Source: Octopus sinensis
Taxonomy: Eukaryota
DNA length: 64,000 nucleotides
Reading direction: 5' to 3'
Assembly (NCBI RefSeq): GCF_006345805.1
Contig: NC_042999.1
Location: 169,074,001-169,138,000 of the forward strand
Positions 1-10,385 of this stretch are shown here, in pieces. Position numbers and translations under genes: made by a program. A model generated the notes under the pieces. The model worked only from the letters and a program-made list of their open reading frames with translations, ran no database searches and was not told the DNA's origin. Position 1 is the stretch's first letter; each line of letters opens with the position of its first letter.

Positions 1-1830
1 GTGGAATTTCATGTTACAGAGAACCATGTCATGGTCTGAAAGAAGGGTTTTTCCCACTGTAACGTTATGTATAGTGTTAGTGTGGTTACTAAACCTAGGT
101 CCAAAATGTTTCTTCGATGTCTTGTTGGTGCAAGGACAAGTTGGGACAAGAAAAACTCATTCGTAAAGTCGAAAAGTGACTCTGCTGCTTCTTTGTCAGC
201 GGTTGAGGCGGGAGTGCTTGGTTTCAAACAGTTTGTAGTCCAGTCAACACAGGGTAGATTGAAGTCTCCCATCATGAGTAGGTTACTAGAATGGCACTGT
301 TGAATAAAGCACTTAATGCTGTTGTGGCATTCTTTAAAGCACAGTATGGGTGTTTGGGGCGGCCTATAGAGCCCAATTACTGTCAGGTCATTGGCTTTGT
401 TGTGCACGGTGACAGATTCACAGTAGCCGTTGGAGAATATACTATTTCCATCTGCCGTAAACGAATCATGCAGGAAAATGGCAGTTCCACCCTTCCTTCT
501 GCCGATACGATCCGCGCGGATGGTTGTGAAATTCTTCACTCTGACTTCGGCTTCCAAGTGGGAGTTGTCAAGGTGGGTCTCAGTGAGAATGAAGAAAGGG
601 ATGTGGTGTGGATGGTTACCAACCCAGTCTTCAATGAACTGGACCTTCCATTTTTGTGCATTGATGGAAGGGCTGACACCTCGTGCATTGAGTAGGAATG
701 CGGAGGTTAGTGTAGTGGCTGGTTTTGACTGTTGCAGGGGGCTTGGATTTTTTGTGTGTGTTAGTGGCAGCAAGGTGGGGGAATTGGTGCACTGGGGTAA
801 TAGCATAGGGTGGTGTTGAGTGATGGCTAGAATATTTTTGTGTATCTCTTTTGCCATGTTCAACATGGCTAAAAAAGAATTTTCCTGCTTAGGGAGCAGT
901 TTTTGGCTGGAGGTGTGGTTGTACTGTTGGATAGGGTTGTAGTTTCCACTTTTGTTGTTGTTGTTTTTGTCTTCCTGAAAAGACTGGACCAGCATTACTG
1001 CAGCATGGTGTGTTTCTATTTTTATTTTTATTCAGGTTTGTGTGTTGGCTTGAAGCCCCGTTTCTGTTTGTGCGTCGGGTCCCTGGAAGATGAGTGAAGG
1101 GACAGTCACTCAGAAGACATGTTCTCTCACGTTGGGAATACCGGCAGATTTTGGGACTCCGAGTTGTGTGTGTTTTGAATTTCGATTTACTATTTGGTGG
1201 TGTTGATGTTATTGTGGGATGCGTGCTTTGGCCTTGGCCGGTAGTGCGTCTAGTGCCGGGTAGATGCGTGAAGATGCAGTCACTATTTGTGCAGAGTCTC
1301 TGGCGCAGTGAATAGCGGCATATTTTGGGGTTTCTTGTTTGTGCCGTGGGGGGCGCAGTCTGCTTCATATGTTTCTTTAAGTTTTTGTTACTGCAGTAGT
1401 ATTGAGGTGGTGATGTGGGGGAAGAGAGCAGTGGTTTCTTATTTGGTTTTTTGTTGGTATTTTTGGTGGCAGCGGTGGTGATGATGATGACGATAATTGT
1501 GGTGGTTGCCATGAGAGCCTTGAAAAGATACTGGCATTTAGTGAATCATCTAGTATGCTAGAGTTGAGGAGTGGCTGTTGTTGTTCTTGTTGCTGTGGCT
1601 GTTGTTGTTGTTGTTGTGCTTGACCAAAGTTAGGGTCAGCTATTGTGCTGGGAACTAGGAGTGGCTCATTCTGTTGTTGTTGTTGTTGTTGTTGTTGTGG
1701 CTGTTGATTTTCTAGCTGTTGCTGTTCTTGAACAGTGAAAATATAAAGAAGTTTTTCAAAATGGCTTTTTGTCAGTTTGAAAGAAGCTTCCATATGCTTC
1801 AGTTTGCTATGAATCTGTTTGACAGATCAT
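1..1830 (-). mobile_element. CR1/L2-group LINE, 5' portion (poly-Q + tandem CCCH ORF1, APE endonuclease); runs off window start
   Basis: ORF 9..995 has APE motifs (LLNARG, LTETHL, IRADR..RKGGTAIF, LYRPP, MGDFNLP, PTR..NILDL). ORF 889..1512 has two CRYSxRxRxCxxSDCxFTHLPGTRR repeats. ORF 1377..1793 is poly-Q. The frames are broken by frameshifts. Confidence 0.85.
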
Positions 1831-1890
1831 GTGTTGATTATTTGTGATGTTTTTTCCGAAATCTCATTCAAACATAAAACATTTAAATTT

Positions 1891-2110
1891 TGTATATATG
1901 TGTATATATATATATATGTGTACATATATATATGTGTACATATATATATGTGTGTATATATATATGTGTGTATATATATATATGTGTACATATATATATG
2001 TGTACATATATATGTGTGTATATATATATATATATGTGTGTATATATATATATATGTGTGTATATATATATATGTATGTGTGTGTATATATATATATATG
2101 TGTGTATATA

Positions 2111-2173
<63 letters not shown>

Positions 2174-2221
2174 ATATATATGTATATGTGTATATATGAT
2201 ATATGTATATATATATATGTG

Positions 2222-2266
<45 letters not shown>

Positions 2267-2892
2267 ATATGTGTATATATATATATATGTGTATATATAT
2301 ATATATATGTGTATATATATATATATGTGTATATATATATATATATGTGTATATATACGTATATATATGTGTATATATACGTATATATATGTGTATATAT
2401 ACGTATATATATGTGTATATATACGTATATATATGTGTATATATATGTGTATATATACGTATATATATGTGTATATATATGTATATATATGTGTATATGT
2501 ATATATATGCGTATATGTATATATATGCGTATATGTATATATATGCGTATATATATATATGCGTATATATATATATATATGCGTATATATGTGTATATGT
2601 ATGTATATGTGTATGTATATATATGTGTATGTATATATATGTGTATGTATATATATGTGTATGTATATATATGTGTATGTATATATATATGTGTATGTAT
2701 ATATATATGTGTATGTATATATATGTGTATATGTATATATATGTGTATATGTATATATATGTGTATATGTATATATATGTGTGTGTATATATATGTGTAT
2801 ATGTATATATATGTGTGTATATATATGTGTGTATATATATATGTGTGTATATATATATGTGTGTATATATATATGTGTGTATATATATATAT
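1891..2892. repeat. Compound (TA)n/(TG)n microsatellite, ~1 kb
   Basis: Directly visible; sub-blocks such as ATATATACGT and ATGCGT. Confidence 0.98.
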
Positions 2893-3997
2893 GATTGATT
2901 GATTGATTGATTCAAGTTTCAGCTCATGAGCTGTGGCCATGCTGGGGCACCGCCATTTGGTGTTGCTACATGGTTTTACTTCATGAAAGCTTTTTAGCAA
3001 CTGCCATTTGGTGCATGAGAGAGTTCGATGCAGCTGCCCTCATCTGCAGCTCATGCCGTGAAGTTGGTTCATCTGGGACACCCGACAGGAAGAGATCCAG
3101 TTTCATTTTAAAGACATCTGCATCCACCCCATGCACGTCTCTCAGGTTCTTCGGAGGATATTGAAGAGCTGTGGGCCTCGGAAGCCCAGGCTATCACAGT
3201 ATCTTGTCCTACATCTTGATGGAAAATTTGGAGTCCTAAGCACCACGCAGTGGCGCCTAGTTCTGGCATTTGGGTAACTCTCGATGCCAAAGTTTGGGAC
3301 ACGTCCCTCCAGGATCTTCCAGATGTATATTATGGCATATCTTTCCCGCCTACGTTCCAAGGAATATAGTTTTAATCTCTTGAGTCTTTCCCAGTAGCTT
3401 ACATTCTGCATAGAGGCTATCTTCTTCGTGTAGCTACGCTGGATTGCCTCGAGCTCTGTGATCAACTTGACACTGGATGGTGACCATAACTGAGAGCAAT
3501 AGTCAAAGTGGCTTAGGACAAGTGTCCTCCAGAGGACCATCATGGTTTCTTGTTCTCTTGTTCTAAAGGTTCTGAGAATCCATCCGGCCAGTCGTCTACA
3601 TTTCATTACCAATTTAGCAACATGTACACGAAAGGTTGCGTCATCACTCATGTAAATACCCAGGTCACGCACTGATTGTGCCTCTGGGATTGCTATTCCT
3701 CCGGGTCCAGTGTATTCATTGGGTATTGCATTTAGTTTTGCATGCTGATAGTATAAAGCTTGAAACTTTTCAGCATTGAACTGCATGCTATTCTTTTCAG
3801 CCCACTTGTATATTTTGTCCAGCTCACATTGCAGGTGTTTAGTGTCCTCAGGGTTCTGTATTGCCTGTGAAACTTTTGTATCATCTGCATAACTTGTGAT
3901 CGTGGCTCTCTGCGTGGCTGAGGGCATATCTGAGAGGGCCATTATGAAAAGTAGTGGTCCCAGAACAGTGCCCTGCGGAACACCGCTCACTATTTGC

Positions 3998-5182
3998 GTA
4001 TGTGTATATATATATATGTGTATATATATATATATGTGTGTATATATATATATGTGTGTATATATATATGTGTGTGTATATATATATATGTGTGTGTATA
4101 TATATATGTGTGTGTATATATATATATGTGTGTATATATATATGTGTGTATATATATGTGTGTATATATATGTGTATATATATATGTGTGTATATATGTG
4201 TGTATATATATGTGTATGTATATATATGTGTGTATATATATGTGTGTATATATATATATATATGTGTATATATATATGTGTATATATATGTGTGTATATA
4301 TATATGTGTATATATATGTGTGTATATATGTGTGTATATATGTGTATATATACATATGTGTATATATGTGTATATATACATATGTGTATATATAGATATG
4401 TGTATATATGTGTATATATACATATGTATATATATGTGTATATATACATATGTGTATATATGTGTATATATATATGTGTATATATATGTGTATATATATG
4501 TGTATATATATATATGTATATATATGTGTATATATATATATGTGTATATATATGTGTATATATATATATGTATATATATGTGTATATATATATATGTATA
4601 TATATGTGTATATATATGTGTATATATATGTGTATATATATATGTATATATATGTGTATATATATATATATGTATATATATGTGTATATATATGTGTGTA
4701 TATATATGTGTATATATATGTGTGTATATATATGTGTGTATATATATGTGTGTATATATATGTGTGTATATATATGTGTGTATATATATGTGTGTATATA
4801 TATGTGTGTATATATATATGTATATATATATGTGTGTATGTATATGTGTATATATATATGTTATATGTATATGTGTATGTATATGTGTATATATATGTGT
4901 ATATATATATATGTGTGTATATATATATATGTGTGTGTATATATATATATATGTGTGTATATATATATATTTGTGTATATATATATATATGTGTATATAT
5001 ATATATATATATATGTGTATATATATATATATATGTGTATATATATATATATGTGTGTATATATATGTATGTATATATATGTATATATGTGTGTGTATAT
5101 ATATATGTGTGTGTATATATATATGTGTGTGTATGTATATATATGTGTATATATATATGTGTATATATATATGTATATATAT
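3998..5182. repeat. (TA)n/(TG)n microsatellite replacing part of the LINE RT domain
   Basis: Lies between RT segments ...GRSCLT and QIVSGVPQG... Confidence 0.95.
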
Positions 5183-7059
5183 GAGTTAAGCAGCTTCTAC
5201 CTGGTCGGAAACCATGTTGGGTGTCAGGCAGCAAGTCATTTTCTTCAAGGAAGGTGATCAGTTTCCTTCTGACTATTCGTTCTATGACCTTGCTGATATG
5301 TGAGGTCAGAGAGATAGGTCTATAGTTCTTGGCCTCCGCTCTGCTACCTCCTTTATGAATAGGGCATATTTTACCTTCCTTCAGTTTTCTTGGAAGTTTG
5401 CCAGTTGCAAGGAAGCTCTGAACGAGGAACTGCAGTGGTCTTGCTAGGACTCTCTTACATACTTTTTGAAGGATTGCTGAGAATCCATCGAGGCCAGTAG
5501 CTGAGTTTGTTTTCATTTCATGAATAGCCTTTATTACATCGTCTTCCTTTATATTGATGTAATCAATCATCGCTGCCTCCGATTTTATATCTGCAGTGGT
5601 AAAGAAGTCAGTTGGATTACTGACTTGAAAATGCCCAAGGGGTGGCGTGAAAACACTCTTGAATTGCTCATTTAGTATTTAACTTACCCTCATTGGATTT
5701 CCTGTGAGTGTGCCATCCTTTTCATGGAGTGGCTCTATCCTACAGTGCCCCGTAGCTGTTTCTTTGGCATACCTGTAGAAAGCTCTGGGGTTAGATTTTA
5801 TGTTGTCTATAGCCCAGGCTTTGTCTGCTCTTTCCTTTTCATGGGAGAGTTGCAGACATTTTACAATTTCCAACAGTTTTATTTTCAGGCGGGACTTTTC
5901 ACTGCTTTCAATTCGTTTGTTTAGGCGATTTGAAACTTTTGTTCGCCGTCTCATTAGAATTTTCCTCTCTCTGGGGATGTTGCTCTTGTGTACAGTGGCC
6001 TTTCTCTCTGGGACACATTTGTAGCATATGGCTTGCATTACAGACATGAATTGTTGAAGTTTCATGTCAATGTCTGGCGAGGATAGACATTCAGGCCAGT
6101 TTTGTTTGAGGATCTCTTTCTCAATTTGTTTCCAGTTTGCCTTATGGAAGTTCAAGCTGGAAAGATTCTGAGAGTTACTTGTTGGCTGCATGTCCATGCT
6201 TTCCTTTGGTTAGCTCTCCCATGTTGTGATCCGAGAGTAGTGTCAGCGTCAATTTCACATTATGGATGAGATCCATATTATTTGTGAAGCAGAGATCCAG
6301 TATGTTACTTGCCCTGGTTGGTTGGAGTATTACTTGCTCCATGTACAGAGTGTTGATGAGGTTCAGTAGGGACCTCACCTGTCCTCGTTCACATCGTGTC
6401 ATTCCTGGGAGAGAATGGCCCTCGGGCCATCTGACATTGGGTAGATTGAAGTCACCCATAAAAAGTACACTTATGTGTTGTTCTAATGTGACTACAACTT
6501 CTTCTATTTTTATATGGCAGTCTTCAAACTTGCCTACATATCTTGGGGCATCTGGAGAGCGATATGTAGCACATATAACTACACCAAGTTGCCTCATATG
6601 TACAATTAGTGTGTCACACACCGAATTTGAGTATGACAAAAGGACCTGGGGTGTGAGGTCCTCACGGATGTACATAGCAACTCCTCCATGACTCCTTTCT
6701 TTTCTGTCGGTCCGTAGTACAACATACTGCGGTATGTGTATTTCCGTATCTGCTATGTCCGGTTTCAGGTGTGTTTCCGTAAGTGCTATGCATAAGGCTT
6801 GATTGCATGCAACAAAGTCTCTCAAGAACGGGATTTTTGTCCTATTACTGATTGTTAGCAGTCCTCTGAAGTTCTGTAGGAGCATCGAGGTGAGGTGTAT
6901 ACTGTTGCCGGCGGTGCCCACCCTGGGTCTATTTGCTGTGGCGGTCTTGTGTATTGTGGATAGTCCCATCTGCGAGTTTAAGTTTGATGGAGCCAGGTTA
7001 GCTGCTGTACAATCTTTTATGCCATGCACAAAAAAGATTCTTGTTCAGCAGCTGCCCTT

Positions 7060-7833
7060 TCAATAACATGTTGGTGGTTTGTAGCACGCACCACATCTGC
7101 GTACCTCTGTTTTGTGGCAGGTGGTGCGTGGTCCATTCCGTTTTCCTTTTGGTAGTTGGTTTCTGACCTGTTTCGTGTTTATGTGGCAGGGTCTTTGATG
7201 TGCAAAACGGCAGCCTGCACCTTCCTCTCCATGCCAGCAGACACCTTTCAGGTAGAATTTACACATTCGTGTGCGCTGTGTGTTTCTATCCTTTTTGGTA
7301 CATGGACAGTCAGGTTTTCTTCTATCCTTGGCTGTTTCATCTTTTGATTTTGTTTGAGTTTTAGTTTTTCCTTCTTTGGCTGTTTCATCTCTTGGTTTTC
7401 TTTTAGTTTTTCCTCCTTTTATTTCTTTTTTGGCTCTTTCATCTCCATGGTTTTGGCTTTGGCTTTTGGTGCTGGTTGGAGCACTTGCATTTGGGTTTAC
7501 TTCCCGGGCAGGTTTCTCACTTGAATCTTCTTTGTTGCTATCCTGGGTGTCTACCAAGTGGGGGTGACATCTTTCATCAGCACCTGCGCCTCCATCCTTG
7601 CCATCTTTACTTTGTTCGTTGTCAAAGATGGCATCAAGCGTGCCAATGTGAGATCTTCTGAGTGCATAGGATCGTATAAACTCCTGCTTCTTTCGCTCTA
7701 TCTGTGCCTTTGTCCTTTTATATCCACTGCTCTTCAGTGCAGATGTAAGTATGTTATTCGGATTATCTCTGTCGGTGCATTGCCAGGCTCTCAGGAACAA
7801 CGCCAATTCGTTACTTCTCCAGGTTCTGGACAT
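7060..7833 (-). CDS. LINE ORF1: N-terminal Myb/SANT (trihelix)-like domain + basic linker + CCCH zinc finger
   Basis: TWRSNELALFLRAW...LKSSGYKRTKAQIERKKQEFIRSY resembles a trihelix/Myb_DNA-bind_4 pattern. CKFYLKGVCWHGEEGAGCRFAH is CCCH-like. Confidence 0.7.
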   Translation of the reverse strand: MSRTWRSNELALFLRAWQCTDRDNPNNILTSALKSSGYKRTKAQIERKKQEFIRSYALRRSHIGTLDAIFDNEQSKDGKDGGAGADERCHPHLVDTQDSNKEDSSEKPAREVNPNASAPTSTKSQSQNHGDERAKKEIKGGKTKRKPRDETAKEGKTKTQTKSKDETAKDRRKPDCPCTKKDRNTQRTRMCKFYLKGVCWHGEEGAGCRFAHQRPCHINTKQVRNQLPKGKRNGPRTTCHKTEVRRCGACYKPPTCY

Positions 7834-7837
7834 TTTG

Positions 7838-8092
7838 GATCATCATCATCATCGTTTAGCGTTCGCTTTCCATGCTGGCATGGGTTGGACGGTTCGACAG
7901 GGTCTGGGAAGCCAGAAGGCGGCACCAGGCCCTGTCTGATCTGGCAATGTTTCTATGGCTGGATGCCCTTCCTAACGCCGATCACTCCATGAGTGTAGTG
8001 GGTGCTTTTTACATGCCACCAGCATAGGTGCCAGACGACGCTGGCAAACGGCCTCGATCGGATGGTGCTTTTTACGTGCCACCGGCACGGAC
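7838..8092 (-). mobile_element. RTE-tail SINE/short RTE 3' fragment with (GAT)n tail
   Basis: catcatcatcgtttagcgttcgctttccatgctggcatggg...; same family at 23178, 26088, 32470, 43394 and 48936. Confidence 0.8.
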
Positions 8093-8319
8093 TGGTTATT
8101 ATATTTCCTTGATTTATGAATCGACTGGATGGTCACTACAGGGACGCCTATCATCGTAGGTCTTTTCGATCAAAGTTAACCCGTGCTTAAACTATAATTC
8201 TTTCTATTATAGACACAAAGGTATGACATTTTGGAGGATGTGGGTTACTCGATTACATCGACCCCAGTGCTCGACTGGTACTTAGTTTATTGACTCTTAA
8301 AGGATGATGGCATATAAAA

Positions 8320-8565
8320 TTTCTTTGATATAACCATGGGGTCATCAGACTCTGCACAGGTGACTGACTTAGTTGGCCTATATCTACTCTCGGAAGTTAG
8401 GAAAAGCTTCCCTAATCTTACTGGTGGATTATATAGGGATGATGCCCTCTTTGCCGTGTTGGGCCTCTCTAAGACGGAATTAAACAGATTAAAGAAGTCG
8501 TTGAGAAGTTTTTTGAGGGATTTTTTAAATCTTGATATCATCTTCGACATTAACTCTAGGGTGGT
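8320..8565 (+). mobile_element. Penelope-like RT fragment
   Basis: MGSSDSAQVTDLVGLYLL...GLYRDDAL, homologous to the RT core of the PLE at 60829+ (MGSYDGAGICDLIGLFLL). Confidence 0.8.
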
Positions 8566-8801
8566 ATTGTGCAAAAAAGAATTTGTGCATGAGAAGAGAG
8601 GAGGCTCAACTTTAAACTAACTTATAGCTTGTTTCATGAAGAGTTTAAGTTGGAGTTTAAGATAATTTCCAAGGTCAGTATGGTTTCTCAGAGACATTTT
8701 ATATAAGAATTTATAGAGGAAAAGAATGTGATGTTTACACATTTCTTAAATGTTAGTGAAACAGCTTCTTATGAGAAATGGAAATCACACCACATGCTTA
8801 A

Positions 8802-9009
8802 CCCTTTAGCATTCAAACCGGCCATATCCGGCCAGAATATTTAACCTGTTTTATATTGAAATTGACCAGTTCTCGCCTCTCACCTCAGCCCTAAAACTTA
8901 AAAAAACACATCACTGAAATCTCTAAACTACAAGATAATGCATGATTAATTCAAAACAATATAAATAAACAAACATCACGTTTGATAGAATAATCTGAAC
9001 ACTAAAGGG
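8802..9009. mobile_element. TTAA-flanked MITE (piggyBac/Kolobok-like termini); degenerate copies at ~19450-19660, ~28290-28345, ~32130-32350
   Basis: TTAA|CCCTTTAGCATTCA ... TGAACACTAAAGGG|TTAA; internal sequence (ctacaagataatgcatgattaa) recurs in the other copies. Confidence 0.75.
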
Positions 9010-9338
9010 TTAAATTACAAAGAACTTACTCCTGCACTGTTACATTCTTCTTGATATGTCTGATAGCATATGTTTGATAGTTTCTTTTGATTAGCTCCAA
9101 GCCAGCACTGCTCAAGTAGACCTATGATCAAAAAAGTATTTTAGATATAATCATTCTTTTTTTTACAGACCATATGTATTAAATATGTCTTTCCTTTTTT
9201 TATGAAATCCTGCAGTAACTTGAGAGAGATTTCTATCTGGTAGCAACCATGTAGAGGCTCTTTGTTGGCTCCCTTTTCAGAATATTGTCAGGTTTTGAAA
9301 AGTTGCATCTTTTTGTAGCATTACTCACTATATAAATA

Positions 9339-9572
9339 AGGCGGGCGAGCTGGCAGAAACGTTAGCACGCTGGGCGAAATGCGTAGCCGTATTTCATCTG
9401 CCATTACGTTCTGAGTTCAAATTCCGCCGAGGTCAACTTTGCCTTTCATCCTTTTGGGGTCGATTAAATAAGTACCAGTTACGAACTGGGGTCGATATAA
9501 TCGACTTAATCCCTTTGTCTGTCCTTGTTTGTCCTCTCTGTGTTTAGCCCCTTGTGGGTAGTAAAGAAATAA
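9339..9572 (+). mobile_element. tRNA-derived SINE with Meta/MESC-like core (family also at 43805, 44244, 53198)
   Basis: Head ggcgagctggcagaa...gagttcaaattcc (A/B boxes); core gcctttcatcctttxggggtcgat..aagtaccag; tail agtaaagaaata. Confidence 0.85.
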
Positions 9573-9729
9573 GCATTACTCATATTGATGTTTCTCATGG
9601 AGATACTTCTTATGAATTGTATATACTACAATCCAGCTTTTCATACTTACTAGATTAAGAAGTGAAGGGGATATCTTATCACTTGGCCATGTTAATAACT
9701 TAGATTAATTGTAAGTAAAAAAGAAATAA

Positions 9730-10385
9730 GTAACTACAGAATGAGAATAGGATGGAGAAAGTTCAGAGAGCTTTTGCCTCTGTTGGCAACCAAAGGTCTC
9801 TCTCCGAGTGAAGGGAAGATTGTATGATGCATGTGTATGGACTGTAATGCTGCATGGCAGTGAGATGTGAACCTTGAATATGGAAGACATGTGAAGGCTG
9901 GAGAGGAACGAAGCTGGTATGCTCCACTGGATGTGTGATGTCAGTGTGCATGTGTGACAGAGCATTGTTGTATTGAGAGAGAAGTTGGGCTTAAGAGGAA
10001 TTATATGCAGTGTGCAAGAGAGGAGACTGCACTGGTTTGGTCATGTGATGTGACTGGATGAGGACAATTGTATAAAGAAGTGTTGATCAAGGAGATGACA
10101 GAAGACTGAGATGTGTGGGGCATTGCTGTACTCAAGAAGACCTGCCCACTACAACAGAATTGAGATCCTAAAACCAAGATGCTTAGGAAAAAGCATTGGT
10201 GTGGGTACTGGTGCCATGTAAAAAGCACCCAGTACGCTCTGTAAAGTGGTTGGGGTTATGAAGGTCATCCAGCCATAGAAACCAAACCAAAACAGACTAT
10301 GGAACCTGGTTCAGTCCCTGGCCTTGCTAGTTCCTGTAAAACCATCTATGTCAGCATGGAGAATAGATGTTAAATTTTGATGATG
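9730..10385 (+). mobile_element. RTE LINE 3' fragment (degenerate)
   Basis: Translates as RIGWRKFRELLPLLATK.LSLRVKGRLYDACV...LHGSE; ends in the family 3' UTR (gtaaaaagcaccc...gatgatg). Confidence 0.8.

Larger units (their letters stand above)
2893..8190 (-). mobile_element. Near full-length CR1/L2-group LINE (ORF1 7060-7833; APE-RT ORF2 ~2981-7029, disrupted) with (AATC)n 3' tail
   Basis: APE motifs in 6175..7029 (LQNFRGL, LTETHL, GDFNLP, ILDLCF). RT motifs [40 protein letters not shown]-terminal LDLFLSGVPDEP; TGA at 2981-2983; (GATT)n at 2893-2912 on the + strand. Confidence 0.92.

Noticed and set aside
1819-5570. Long Y/I/C/V/M- or Y/I/H/T-rich ORFs (up to 526 aa)
   Set aside because: They are translations of (TA/TG)n microsatellites, which lack stop codons. 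Only the LINE-derived ends are real coding remnants, and the two RT halves are in different frames.
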